From Octopus vulgaris (lineage: Eukaryota), in the NCBI GenBank assembly GCA_951406725.2, contig OX597817.1, forward strand, positions 161,138,001 through 161,202,000: a DNA stretch of 64,000 bases, written 5' to 3'. The position numbers were made by a program, and so were the translations under genes. The notes beneath the pieces are model-generated. The model did no database searches and was not told where the DNA came from. It saw only the letters and a program-made list of their open reading frames with translations. Below are positions 26,155 to 39,623 of this stretch, in pieces. The first letter of the stretch is position 1. Every line of letters begins with the position of its first letter.

Positions 26155-26430
26155 CATCATCATCATCTTCATTTAATGTCTGTTGTCCATGCTGGCATAG
26201 GTTGGACAGTTTGACCATGGCTGGTAAAGCAAGGAGCTACACCAGACTCCTGTCTTATTTGGCATGGTTTCTATGGCCGGATGCCCTTCCTAATGCCAAC
26301 TACCCTGAGAGTGTAATGCCATATCAGACAGGAGTCTGGTGTAGCTCTACAGCTTACCAGCCCTGGTCAAACTGTCCAACCCATGCCAGCATGGACAACG
26401 GACGTTAAATGGAGAAGATGATGATGATAA
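26155..26430. mobile_element. Inverted pair of RTE-dependent repeat 3' ends (tails pointing outward)
   Basis: 26160-26268 is the approximate reverse complement of 26316-26428. Confidence 0.8.
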
Positions 26431-26789
26431 ACAACAGCAGGGGACAAATACAAAGACACACCACATATGCATATCGACATATGATGGACTTCTGCATAGT
26501 TTCCATCTTCCATATTGAATCAGAAGGTATTGGTCAACTAGAAGCAGATACTTGGCCAAGGTGCTGTGGACTGGGACTGAATATGAAAACGCATGGTTGC
26601 AAAGTGAGTGTCTTAACCACACAGCCATGTATCTTCTCTTATTATCTTTTAATGTGTCTTCTCCTTATCAATAAATGATATTTAGATCCAGGCTCATATT
26701 CCTCTGAACTAGCTAGGTACATATCCTCTCTACCAACACCTGTCCAATTTATTTATTTTCCTTTATCCTATTACTCTTCCAGTGACCCT

Positions 26790-27190
26790 TTAAAAATAAT
26801 AATAATGAAATTAATTGTATACAGTGCTCAGGTGCACCACAACTTGTCAGAAAGTGCATATAAAGTACATGCAGTAATGTAGAAATGTCTGGAAAGCGAA
26901 CAATGTATGAGTCAGATACATGCTTGTGTGTGTATGGAGGAGAGAAAATCAAGTGTAGTGTTGGTGAATCTCAGGAAGCATGGAAGTTTTGAAGGATGCA
27001 GTGCTCCGACAACTAACAACTGATGCCAGCAGTTTGTTCCATGCTTCAGCAACTCTCAGCATGAAAAAATGTTTCCTGAAGTCATGGGAGCTGTGCTGTT
27101 TTCTTACTTTGTAAATATGTCCACGGGTGTTAGATGGGTGGAGTTTGAAAAGGTGCTCAGAGTTATTGTTTGTACGATGGTTGATAATTT
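26790..27190 (-). mobile_element. CR1-clade LINE 3' fragment
   Basis: Translation SNTRGHIYKVRKQHSSHDFRKHFFMLRVAEAWNKL..FKTS; (ATT)n tail. Confidence 0.85.
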
Positions 27191-28326
27191 AATAATATTC
27201 TAATCCCAACTGAGAAGTTTTCCATGAATATAACATCCTAACTTCATCTTTCCAGAGATGTTTTTAGCTCCCACCATCCTGACAGACTTCACTACCTCTT
27301 TAAAAACCCTATTTTTTCTGTACTTATTAAACGATGTTAATTCAGGATTAACCTCACTTGCACCAGATCCTAACTCTGCTTATGAAACCACCCAACTACT
27401 ATTTTATCATAATCAATAAATGGAGCTATTCATGATAACTGAACCAAAAAAACCAAACCACAGACCAAGTCCTAACTCCCTCACTTTTCTGTGGAACCGT
27501 CAACCTATTTTCTTTGAATCAATAATTGGAGGCATTCAGAATTGAACCTAACAACCAACAAGCTATAACTCCTTCATCAACCTATTTTACTTGGGAATCA
27601 ATAACTGGGAAAATTTAATTACATTAAGTGAAATATGGTTGTTGTCTTACTGTGTGAGTTAGTGCTGCAGTTTAGGTAGAAATGCTGTTTCTTTCAATTT
27701 ACAATATTCTGCAGTTGAAGCACAATAGGACGTGTATTTAGGATATAGCAAACAACTGCTTCTAGCTGACAAGTATTCAGCAAAAATTGTATCGCAGTAA
27801 TGTCAAGAAACAATTTTTTTTGAAATTCATTTTATATTTATTTTGGTATATTTTTTATTTCACTCTCAGCTGGATATCTTAATTTAATTAATCTGAGAAG
27901 GCAGGCCAGTGCTATTTCATGCCTTTTAGCTATTCCATACCTTTTAGGTCCACTCAGATTGAAAAAAACAGAATGGCTTGGTTGGTGCATATATTATCGG
28001 ACTACTAGATTATGGGTATCCGTTATAGGTATTTTGTTATACATTTGACTTGAGTACTTCATGTTAATATTAATTTTGTCTCAGTTTATTCATATTTTTG
28101 CAATGGTTAGTGGATCTTCTGTTTCTATCACAAGCTCTGAATGTTACTGACATAGGCTCAAGTATGGCTGTGTGGTTAGAAGCTTGCTTTGCAACCAAAT
28201 GATTTCAAGTTCGATCCCACTGTGCAGTATCTTAGACATGTGTCTTCTATTATAACTCTGGGATGACTAGTGTCAGTGAATGAATTTTGTAGACGGAAAA
28301 TGTGTGGAATTCTGTCATATATATAT

Positions 28327-28423
<97 letters not shown>

Positions 28424-28499
28424 TATCTATCTATGTATATGTGTATATATATATGTGTATTTATATGTATATAAAGAGACCAAAGTGTACGTAAACCGC

Positions 28500-28662
28500 A
28501 ATATGTATATAAAAAGGAATACAAAAAAGGGGTAAGAAAAAACAAGGATGGGTCATTCGGAGTTTTCTGCAATTTCGACTGGTTATACTTGAGATTGCTC
28601 CAATCTGGCCAGCCCGAAGTGCTCTTAGCTTTGTCTTGCCTGGGAGCTGACCAGATTGGAGT
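28500..28662. mobile_element. Repeat with internal inversion, same family as 9730-9978
   Basis: ctccaatctggccagc / gctgaccagattggag inverted arms. Confidence 0.55.
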
Positions 28663-29699
28663 ATATGTGTATATACATGTGCATTTCATCCGTCTTCGTA
28701 TTCCAAGTTCAAATTCCGCCAGTTCCACTTTGCCTCTTACCCTTTCGGGGCAATAAAATAAGTACCTGTTTAGCATCAGAGGAGATGTAATCAACTTTAT
28801 CCCTCTACCAAAATTACTGGTCTTCTATCAAAATATGATAACATTATTTATATGATTGTGTGCTTCAAGATCCAGTATTCCTAAAACAGAATTCCTTGTG
28901 AATATGTAACAATAGTGATTGTTAGTAGAACAGATTTTTTAAAATTGACAATGGTGTTCACTTAACTTTGATCAGCATACCTAAAGTCTATGAAACAAAT
29001 AGAATTCCATTCAGTGAACACTTGTCTCGTATTCTGTTACTGTAATTGGAGGAAGTATTTGACCTTAATATTAACTAAAGAGTTAACAAAAGGAAGCTTT
29101 TCTTTTTAAAAAATTATGTTCCTATGTAACTAATTATGTGTTTGAACTTATTTTTATTGCATATCACTTATCATGTAACTAATTTAATTGTTTTTTTTTT
29201 TTCTTGTTTGTTTTTGCATAATCATTAACTTTCTCAGTATATGGCATGTTGCAGAAAGCCAGGCTGGGCACTTAATGTCTAAATAACTTGTTAAAAAACA
29301 TAAAAAAATAACAACAATTATTTAATTTTGCATAGAAATTGTTTACAAAATATCTTGTCTAGTTTTTTAGCTTTAGCAATTTTTTAAATACCAGAGTGGC
29401 TGAAAGACTGAAGCTAGCAGTGCCCAAGGAACTGTTTTAAATGCATATAATTCTGTTAAGATATCTTACGGTATTAAATTTATTTTACAGAGTGTGTATG
29501 TATGTATGTATGTATGTGTGTGTGTGTGTGTGTGGAGTCATATCAGTTTCTTAGGCGTGACCATTCTATCCATTATCCATGTTGGATCTTGGAGCCCTCA
29601 TGATAAGAAATCAGAATGTTTGATCTGATATCATGGATGGTAGAGAGTTAGTTTGTACAAAGATTCAGCCACAATATTAAAATAGATGCTCAAGTGATT

Positions 29700-30476
29700 C
29701 TTTTATCTTTTACCTTTTGCTGGTTGAAGTCTTCTGACTGCAGCCATGCAGGGGCACCGTCTTCAAGAACTTTTGAATGCATTGACCCCCGGTTCTTTTT
29801 ATTTTTCAGCCTGGTACTTATTCTGTCAGTCACTTTTTACCAAACTGCTAAGCTCCTGGGACATGAACAAACCAACATTGGTTGTTAAGTGGTGGTGAAG
29901 GTCCCCTTCCCCACACACACACACACATACAATAGGCTTCTTTCAGTTTCTGTCTATCAAATCCACTCGTGAGACTTTGGTCGGCCCAAGGCTATAGTAG
30001 AAGACACTTACCAAGGTGCCACGCAGTGGGACTGAACCCAGAACTAAGTCTCTTCGTGTCTTGTCTTGTAACAGCATTCATCTGGGAGGGGTTAAGCCAG
30101 CTCCTATTGTGAGTTCATAGGAGTTTCAAAGGATGATCATAATCCACAGAAACAGTTCCCATTTGTATTCATAAGCCACCATTTATTATCAGTGGCAGGT
30201 TGCCCTCATGTTATGCCGTCTCACCGCAGATGCCTGCATATGCAATCCAACACCACCAGATTTTGGAACAGACATTGCTTGGAATTCACCATTGCCCTCC
30301 CGTTAGCCAGGTTGCAGCCCTTGCACCACCGGTGTCAGGCCTGTCCACCTTGGGCAGCCCTCCCAGGTACTCGAAGTCCCCAACAGCATATCTCCGACAT
30401 TCGCTCTTTTAATCTTTCCACCAGAGCCAGAACTAAGTGGTTGTGAAACAAGCTTCTTAGCACATAGTCATGCCTG
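29700..30476 (-). mobile_element. Diverged SINE A interrupted by a 377-bp insertion
   Basis: SINE sequence resumes after the duplicated ccagaactaagt. Confidence 0.75.
30050..30426 (-). mobile_element. Unclassified GC-rich retro-insertion with 12-bp TSD
   Basis: TSD ccagaactaagt at 30038-30049 and 30427-30438; short repeat tail acaagacaagac on minus. Confidence 0.7.
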
Positions 30477-31053
30477 TTTATTTATTTATTTATATATGTG
30501 TGTGTGTGTGTGTGTGTCTGTGTTCTTGGCTATCGCTATTAATTGAGCATTATTTTTTTGTGTGCACACACTCACACACATTCACACTTAAAACCTCAAT
30601 GATTTAGCATTCTTTTATGAATATATTTGCGAAGAACTAGCAAACAGGAAACACATAAAACTTATGTAAACAAACAGGATGTAGATACAAAGGAACAAAA
30701 GAGTGAATGTGTGTCTACTCACCTCTTCCTACATGAGTGTGTGTCTGTGTATATGTACGTGCAGTGTTTATGTCTCAATGCATGTGTGCGTGAGATGGGC
30801 AACTGCTCTGTTTGTGTATGAAATACAATGACCCTAACTAATTCATAGAGCATCAACCAGGATTTCTCTAATTTTTGTTGGTGGTGGAATGGAAGGTAAG
30901 GGACGATAGAAAATGGACTTGAAAGCAGTATATATCAGGTCAATAATATATATGAAACATTGAGAGATGAAAGACTGTGTCTTTCCTATTCATCCTTTCT
31001 GGTTCTCCATCAGAAGAATATTAATTCTGAATAATGAGGCTCTGTTCAGTATA

Positions 31054-31517
31054 TCTATTATATAAAATCCATTCTGTCTGTCTGTGTGTGTATGTCTTCT
31101 AGGATCTCGGGCATCCTCCATCCGATTGCGCTCAAATTTGATATGTAAATACCGACGGTATCAGGGCGTGTATAAGTCTTGAAAAATTTACAAAAATCGA
31201 TTCCAGGTGAGAATGCACTCGATAAAGCTGTGAGAACGTGCATTTGTACGTGCAAGTACATTAGCTGTTGTGATCGATACTATGCATATATGAGAAAAAT
31301 GCACATGCAGCTTGCGAAAAAAAAGCCGGCCTGTTTGGTGTCTCAAATTTAGGTTAAATCAGTGTTTCTCAAAGGGGAGGCCTATGGGACGGTCGGACAA
31401 GTTGTTTTGAATAAATTTGGTTTAAATGTTTGACAACTCAGCACCGTCCATTGGATGGGGGGGGGGGGCGTTTTGCTCGTTACTAATAAGAACGACTAAA
31501 TTTACCTTCTATACTAG
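31054..31517 (+). mobile_element. Helitron-like non-autonomous element (3' end uncertain)
   Basis: A|TCtattatataaaa 5' end followed by gtctgtctg..ccgattgcgctcaaatttg, similar in layout to 50723; possible CTAG at 31514-31517. Confidence 0.5.
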
Positions 31518-32569
31518 CTGAGTTTGTGTGTGAAGAGAAATGGTATGAGATGTGTGTATTGTTTTATTCTTCTACTTGTGTCAGTCATCTGACTACGGCC
31601 ACACTGGAGCACCACCTTACAGGTTTTTTTTCTTTTTTGAAGAAATCGATCCTTGGTCTTATTCTTTGTAAGCCTAGTGCTTATTCTGTCAACTTCTTTT
31701 GCTGAACTGCTAAGCTACAGGGATGTAAACACACCAATATCAGTTGTTAAGTGATGGTGAGGGGTCAAACACGGACACACATAAACACACACACACACAC
31801 ACACATATATACACACATACACGATGGGCTTCTTTTTTTAGTTTCTGTCCAAACCATGCAAACATGGGAAATGGATGTTGATGATGATGATAATGATGAT
31901 GATGATCTAACCCATGCCAAAGCAGACATAAAATAGATGGACAAATGAATGAATGTATGTATGTATGTGTTTATAGATGTGTGTGTTTGTGTAGATATAC
32001 ACACACACTCTACATTCTTTAGAATCACACACACACACACGTAGTGAATGCTACTTATAATCATAAAAAATTTTATCAACCAATCTTTGTTATCAAATTT
32101 AGTGGATCTCAAAAACTCTTTATTAATTTAGTGTTATCAGCTGGTTATCAATATCAAAAACACTTTGTCCTAAAATGAACACAGTGAGTGACTTACGTGT
32201 GTGTGTGTGTGTAATTAGATTTTTTTTTTAAAGCTAAAACAAAGCAAGTTATAAAAGTAAATATGGTAACTGCTCTCTATTGTTTGAGGTGAACAGACAC
32301 ATTCATCCATTTTACATGTATATTCTTCCTCATGGCACTGAGATGTCTCTCAATAGTCTTCCCACATTAGATTCGATGTCTTGCAAGCAACTTCCACATG
32401 CAAGTGCTACCAGTCAAAAACTCCGAATACCAGAAGCCAGCAAGTGTATAGGGTCATCAGGAGAGAATGCGTGCCATTTCAGGGCCTACCTTTCAACAGC
32501 ATCAATGTGCACCGGTCCCACCTCACTGATATGAGGCCCCGCTTGCTAGATCAGCTGGTTATCAAATAA

Positions 32570-34030
32570 AGCTCAATATTCTTCTAGCCATCACTCATCG
32601 TTTCTGTTTAACCAAATCCAGTGGCTAGCCTTCTCCACTGTAGTTTGGATATCGGTCTTGGTGGTATTGACTTTACGATGAGTTAAGCCTAACGATAACA
32701 ACAATCGTCTCACTGTGTCCAACAAACCCTCTACATCCAACTTCGATTGGAAAATGCTCTGCTTTCCAGCCTGCGTCTTCACATTCCTCGAGGAGGTTTA
32801 CACAGCGGTCAATCTTTCAAGCCTGAGCAGCATCCATATTATCTTCATGAGAAACTGTTAACTGGACTAGATTTACAACTTTCCTTCTTTCACACCACAT
32901 CAAAATGTTTTCCAGTTTTATGTTATGTGTTTCTGTGAATAACATTCATGTACTTGAATGATTTTCATCTTCTACCACAGTGTGGAAGTCTCCAAAATAT
33001 ACCATTTGATATGGTTTGTTGTTCTGCATGAGCAGCAACAAGCAACATGTACCTTGTGTTGAACAACCATCACAGAAGTGGCTGGAATGTAGCCGTAAAT
33101 TATTTTCTCTTTGGTCACATGTTCTGGGCTTTCACAAGAAACCTGGTGTACATGGATATCATCAAGAATTTTTTGAAGCTCTTTCTCTGTAGTCCAGGTT
33201 TCAGCTCCCTACAGAAAAATGCTCTATACACATGTGTTGAAGTAGGCCAACCTTGTTGACTTTGGAACACTTCATTGCCAGATGTTTTGAGGATTGTTAC
33301 AGGCACTCCAGGTTTTTTTCTTTTGCATATAAAGAAGCCTTTTTTACTGTCAGCAACATAGGATCCAAAGTACTTGGAGTCGTTGACCTCCTTAGAGCTA
33401 TGTGCCATTGTCAGAACAAATTGACAAACGGCTCTCATCTGTGTTGATGGTTGTGTGCTAAAATCTTGTTTTGTTTTTTTTTGTATTGAGAAATTTACCT
33501 ACTTTGGCTGCAACATTCTCAGTAGATGTTAACAAATGTTGCACATCATACAGTTGGTAAGCTGCAAAGACAAGAGCTCCAGAATGGTCGAGGTCAGAGA
33601 GATATAAGCTCTGCTAGTGTTTTGGTTGCTTCTACTTGATAGTGAAGCCTTTGTTTTAAATATAAGGTTGAGATTTTGCCTAAAGATGTAATTCACTACA
33701 ATCACAAAGAGAAAAGGAATTTGGGTGTCTCCCTGAAAATTTCAAGGCTTCCTGCTGTTTTCAGAAACTCTTTAGGTGGACCATCTGTGTAATATGCTAA
33801 GTTTGACGGCTTTTCATACATAAAAGGAATGGCTTTGAAAATCTTATCTGGGACACCACAGTTCAACAGGATGTGTTACATTGCCTTTCTGTTTTAACAC
33901 TATCAGCTAATTTGGACAAATCCACAAATACTATTGATGCTTTTGCATTGAGATTCTGAGCCCCTCTTGTTTCTCGCAAGGTCAAGAGTCTGTGGTAACT
34001 GATCAGTTCTTTTACTTCCAAAGAAAAATT
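32570..34030 (-). pseudogene. Decayed RTE-clade LINE reverse transcriptase fragment
   Basis: Minus-strand motifs IVFVDLSK..DSV, QGDT..PFLFVIV, KYFGSYV; many stops and frameshifts. Confidence 0.75.
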
Positions 34031-34456
34031 GTGTTTGCATCCGAGCACCATTTGAGCGTGATCATTGTCAGCATTGCCTCACTGGCACTTCTGTCAGTGG
34101 CACATGAACAAAGCAATCAAGTGAGGTCGTTGCCAGTGCTGCTGGACTGACTCCTGTGCAGGTGGCACGTAAAAAACACCATTTTCGAGCGTGGCCGTTG
34201 CCAGTCCCGCCTGATTGGCCCTCGTGCTGGTGGCACTTTAAAAGCACCCACTACACTCTCAGAGTAATTGGCGTTATGAAGGGCATCCAGCTGTAGAAAC
34301 TCTGCCAGATCAGATTGGAGTCTGGCACCGCCATCTGGTTTGCCAGTCCTCAGTCAAATCATCCAACCCATGCTAGCATGGAAAGTGGTCGTTAAACGAT
34401 GATGATGATGATGATGTTCCTTAATATGTATGTGTGTATGTGTATACATGTATGTA

Positions 34457-34507
<51 letters not shown>

Positions 34508-36298
34508 ATGTGTTGGTGTGTTCCCTTGTTTTGAGATCACATGATGGTTGTGAATGAGCATCACTGTCATACAAGTGATGTCATCTATTTCCAGCCTCCC
34601 ATGGAAAAGTATGTTTGGCCATGGGAGAACTAATTACCTTGCTTAGAAATAGATGAGGGTTGGTGACAGAATGGACATCCAGCTGTAAAATATCTCAACA
34701 AATTCTATCTGACCCATGCAAGCATGGAAAAGTGGACGTTAAACAATGATGATGATGATGATGATGGTAACTTGCTCCTGGATGACAGCTAGCCCTCCAC
34801 TCCACTCTAATTGTTTGAAACCTGTCTTGTTTTAACCATCTGTTAGTGTCACACTAGTGCTGTAAGTCCAGTCACCAGTTGACCTTTTGATGACTGACTT
34901 CAAGTACTTTCTAAGGGTGGTGTGGGGTGGGTTAGGTAGGTACTGGAGTGTCATGTGTATGACACTGGTGTAGGTGGTGGTGGTGGTGGTGTTGGTGGTT
35001 GTGATCAAAGTGGTAAAGGTGATGTTTTTGTTTCTTTCTTGTAATTTCTCCTATGTAATTGTTTGGTACTACCATTGCCCATACCAGCCATCATTGTCCT
35101 AGCTTTGGTGGACGGTAGTTGTTGTTTTGCATTAAGGGTAGCAGTGGTAATGGTCTAGTATCAGTTGTGGTGGTGGTGGTGATGGTAGTAGTAGTGGCAG
35201 TGGAGAGGTAGTAGCAATAGTAGTGGTGATGGTTGTAGTATTAATAGTGGTGGTGATGGTGATGGTGGTGGTAGTTATAGTAGTGGGGGTGGTAGAAGTA
35301 GTAGTGGTGGTTGTAGTATTATTAATAGTAGTAACAGCAGTAGTAGTGGTGTTTGTGGTGATGTTTGTGGTGGTGGTGGGTTTAAACAGAAACGGTCAAT
35401 TATAGACTGTTTATGTTTGTCTGTGTGTGGATGTGGCTGTATGTGTGTGTGTGTGTGTGTGTTCGTGCAAGCATGTGTCTGTGTGTTTGCGCGTACATGT
35501 GTGTGTGTGTGTGTGTGTAAATTCCTCCATTGAATGAAGTACCATGTAATTTTAGTACATACAGGTGCCTTCACTGAATCCTGTGTAGTGTTTAAAGTGG
35601 TGGAGTAGTGGTGTCAGTAGTAGAATGGTTAGTGTTTAAGTATGCCACAAGCACCACCACTCCTCCTCCTCCTCATCATCATCATCATCATCATCATCAT
35701 CACTACTTTAACATCCACTCTCCCACTGCTTGTGTAGGTCAGATGGAATTTGTTGAAGCAGGATTTAGATTTTTTTTATGGCCAGTTGCCTTTCCTGTCA
35801 TCAACCCTCGCCTGTTTTTCAAGCAAGTTAATAGCCCCCACCACCTATGCCCAGCCGTGTTCTCACTGTAAACCGACAATCATTTTACAACTATCATGCA
35901 ATGCCAAAACAAGGAGACACAAATATACACATCCCACACACACCTACACACACACACAGACAACATCTGTTTTCCATGCTGGCATGGGTTAGATAGTTTG
36001 ATGGGAGCTGTCAGGCTGGAGAGTCGCACTAAGTTCCAGTCGAGCGAGGTAGTTGCCAGTACTGCTTGACTGGCCTCCGTGCCGGTGGTACGTAAAAACA
36101 CCCACTACACTCCTGGAGTGGTTGGCATTAGGAAGGGCATCCAACTGTAGAAACTCTGCCAGATCAAGATTGGAGCCTGGTGCAGCCATCTGGTTCGCCA
36201 GTCCTCAGTCAAATCGTCCAACCCATGCTAGCATGGAAAGCGGATGTTAAACGATGATGATGATGACGAATGAGAACCCAGGTTCGAAATTTTTCCAA

Positions 36299-36347
36299 GA
36301 TACCTGATGAAGGCTGGAGGGTATAATATCAGCCGAAACATTGTGTT
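36299..36347 (+). ncRNA. Minimal type I hammerhead ribozyme-like motif (Penelope-like pLTR remnant)
   Basis: gatac-CTGATGA-a-ggctg[13 nt]cagcc-GAAA-catt-gtgtt; perfect 5-bp stem II; stem I gatac/gtgtt with GU pairs; stem III acat probably a CpG-decayed acgt. Confidence 0.6.
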
Positions 36348-36408
36348 AACAACAAACAAGATGAGGACAATTATCCATCGTATGTAAGTAATGTAAATAA
36401 TGTAGATA

Positions 36409-36794
36409 GATGGAAGCACTCCGTCGGTTACGACGACGAGGGTTCGGTTGATCCGAATCAACGGAACAGCCTGCTCGTGAAATTAACATGTAAGTGGCTG
36501 AGCACTCCATAGACACGTGTACCCTTAATGTAGTTCTCGGGGATATTCAGCGTGACACAGAGAGTGACAAAGCCGGCCCTTTGAAATACAGGTACAACAG
36601 AAACAGGAAGTAAGAGTGAGAGAAAGTTGTGGTGAAAGAGTACAGCAGGGATCACCACCATCCCCTGCCGGAGCCTCGTGGAGCTTTAGGTGTTTTCACT
36701 CAATAAACACTCACAACGCCCGGTCTTGGAATCGAAACCGCGATCCTATGACCGCGAGTCCGCTGCCCTAACCACTGGGCCATTGTGCCTCCAC
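36409..36794 (-). mobile_element. SINE family B, full length
   Basis: 15-bp TSD taaataatgtagata (36394-36408, 36795-36809); tRNA-like head; tail ends ccctcgtcgtcgtaaccgacggagtgcttcc. Confidence 0.9.
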
Positions 36795-37253
36795 TAAATA
36801 ATGTAGATAATTCCTTAAATATAGAACTGTAATACATGATTAATTTAAAGCAATGTGAGTCAAGAAGCATCACATTTAGCAGAGCTTATCTGAATGCAAA
36901 AGGGATAAACTATATGTGATAGGTCTTAGCTGTCTCTTGTTTGTGACACCTTGGCAATGTCTGTGTTAGAGAGACCTCAACAGTGTGAATCCATGTCACA
37001 GATATTGACAGTGTCTGTTTGCTGTACATTTTAACAGGTTTAAGCTGTTAAGATGTTTTGCTTTGACTGTATTGATGTCTATCACAAAGCAAGCTTTTGA
37101 AACACTCTAGGGCAAGGATTCTCAACTGGGACCCATTATAAGATTGGTGGGGTGGGTCTATGATAATTTTTAAGGGGCCATGAAAAACTGTTTCGTGCAA
37201 TAAAGTGGTTATATATCCATGATACACAAATTATTTTAACAATTTGTATACAA

Positions 37254-37469
37254 TGGAGGCGCAATGGCCCAGTGGTTAGGGCAGCGGACTTGCGGTCGGA
37301 GGATCGCGGTTTCGATTCCCAGACCGGGCGTTGTGTGTGTTTATTGAGCGAAAACACCTAAAAGCTCCACAAGGCTCCGGCAGGGGATGGTGGTGATCCC
37401 TGCTGTACTCTTTCACCACTCTAAAGGCGGTGCTCCAGCATGGCCGCAGTCAAATGACTGAAACAAGTA

Positions 37470-37504
<35 letters not shown>
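37254..37504 (+). mobile_element. Chimeric SINE (B head, A tail, poly(A))
   Basis: Nearly identical to 10204-10443; long pure poly(A) suggests a young copy. Confidence 0.9.
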
Positions 37505-37508
<4 letters not shown>

Positions 37509-37560
37509 TAATAATATTTAATCATAAAAATACAATACAATTTAATCATAAAAATACAAA

Positions 37561-37975
37561 AGGTGGCGAGCTGGCAAAAATGTTAGCACACCGGGCAAAA
37601 TGCTTAGCGGTATTTCGTCTGCCATTACACTCTAAGTTCAGATTCTGCCAAGGTCAACTTCGCCTTTTATCCTTTCGGGGTCGATAAATTAAGTACCAGT
37701 TACGCACTGGGGTCGATATAATTGACTTTATTCGTTTGTCTGTTCTTGTTTGTCCTCTCTGTGTTTAGCCCCTGTAGGTAGTAAAGAAATAGGTATTTCA
37801 GATGCCATTACATTCTAAGTTCAGATTCTGCCAAGGTCAACTTTGCCTTTCATCCTTTCGGGGTCGATAAATTAAGTACCAGTTACGCACTGGTGTCGAT
37901 GTAATCAACTTAATCCCTTTGTCTGTCCTTGTTTGTCCCCTCTATGTTTAGCCCCTTGTGGGCAGTAAAGAAAGA
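37561..37975 (+). mobile_element. Meta-like SINE, dimeric
   Basis: Same head plus two bodies as 1170-1585. Confidence 0.85.
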
Positions 37976-38967
37976 AAAAATCCAATAGGATTTTTAAACA
38001 TTGAATGGCTATGGGGCGGGAGGTCCACTCAAGTAAAATAGGGATCAGAGGGGTCCATATGGAAAAGATGGTTGAGAACCGCTGCTTTAGAATCTATACA
38101 CTCTTCAATTTCACAGCGTTGCTACTGCTTACAGCAGTGAATCATTCCACCCTGTGATGCTTATTTCAATTCAGATAGGCTGTAACTGGAGCAATGAAGA
38201 GCACTGCTCATCACAGCCATTTGTCTTATTGGTACATTGGTTCTTCGTCTTGCTGTTCACTGTAATTCTTTATTTCACTGCTTGCCAGAGCCCAGTATTT
38301 CATCATCTGGCTTAATCTTCATTTATCTGGCATGCACAACGAACTCTGCCACCAACTTTAGTCATATATCTTTTATCTTTTATTCTTTTCAGTCATTTTT
38401 GTCAGTGAACAGGTCGCGGTCTTATAGCAACGAAAATATTTTGACAAATTAAACTTAAATGTTGAAGTGAATCGAACGGCTTTTGTGTGTTTCTTAAATG
38501 GCTTACAAACACCTTCCACGCTGCAATTGTTTTCATTCCAGCACACGATCTCAGATCAAATCACTTGCTATGCAAGTCCATCTCCGTAAGTCATTGAACT
38601 GCAGGGAGAGAAAAGTCTAATGTAAAATCTGTGATTTCGCATGATTTATTGGTCATCTCACTTCGGCCTGTCACTATGTACTAACTACAGAGACTCGGAG
38701 AGTGTTGTTCGTATTGTACAAGCGTCTATCACTATACAGCAATTAAGTACAGATGTCTCTCTTTATGGTGACCTCATTCGTCATTCCATCTACTGAAAGT
38801 CCTGGCAATGGAAGAGTGACAACGTCTACAGACCTAACCAGTTGGAAGTGTGCATCTCTCACTCATGCTTCATCTGAGAGGTCATGAATGGAAAGTCAGA
38901 AATATCATCAACAATGAGGAAGCATAAGGAGATAGCAGTCATCTGTGAAGATGGAGCAATCGCCATG

Positions 38968-39076
38968 TATGAAAAATAACAAGAATGGACAACCACAGTT
39001 CAGTGCAAGAAGTGTTTCACTCTTCTGAAACATATTGCGCTGAACTGTGACTGTACGGTCTTGTTATTTTATCATA
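38968..39076. repeat. Imperfect hairpin with ~50-nt arms
   Basis: tatgaaaaataacaaga..cacagttcagtgcaa..tgtttca / tgaaaca..ttgcgctgaactgtg..tcttgttattttatcata. Confidence 0.8.
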
Positions 39077-39149
39077 TATATAATAACCGCATATGGTATG
39101 GCACCCACATCAGTAGCAGACTGTAAATGGGGGAGTAAGTCATCCTATA

Positions 39150-39555
39150 AGCTTTAAGCTTACAACAAAAAATACCATTGTTATTATTTACAGAATTGTA
39201 AAACTCGATACCGCTTAACAAAACCATTCGCACCTAAAGCATATAAAGTTTGTTTATAAAAGCAACTATGAACTAATATAGTTCTTAAATTTGACACAAA
39301 GGAGCAGGCTGGTTCACTGGTGTAATCGGTAACACACTTAGCCATGTTAACAAAGGGATGAGGGTTCGAGTCCCATGCGTATGAGAAAGTCTGCTTTTTC
39401 TGTCAAGGGCTTATATGCCCCATTATTAGACTATTTTCCTTAGTCATTTGCACGGTGATTGCTATATGCTTTAAGCTTATAAAAAATACCATTATTATTA
39501 TTATTTATAGACTTCTAAAACTTGACACTGCTTAACAAAACCATTTGCACTGAAA

Positions 39556-39560
<5 letters not shown>
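39150..39560 (+). mobile_element. Direct-repeat-flanked unit with an internal tRNA-like Pol III promoter
   Basis: ~95-bp direct repeats at ~39150-39245 and ~39467-39560; A box tggtgtaatcgg and B box ggttcgagtcc at ~39317-39373; abuts (AT)n. Confidence 0.6.

Positions 39561-39623
<63 letters not shown>

Larger units (their letters stand above)
37113..38084. mobile_element. hAT (Charlie-like) MITE with two nested SINEs
   Basis: TIR caaggattctcaac / gttgagaaccgctg; degenerate TSD ctctaggg/ctttagaa. Confidence 0.7.

Noticed and set aside
38400-38588. Mariner-like element end
   Set aside because: Only one TIR-like terminus (catctccg-TA) was seen, with no partner end or coding remnant
39303-39385. 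Functional tRNA gene
   Set aside because: A and B boxes and D/T arms are present, but there is no convincing acceptor or anticodon stem
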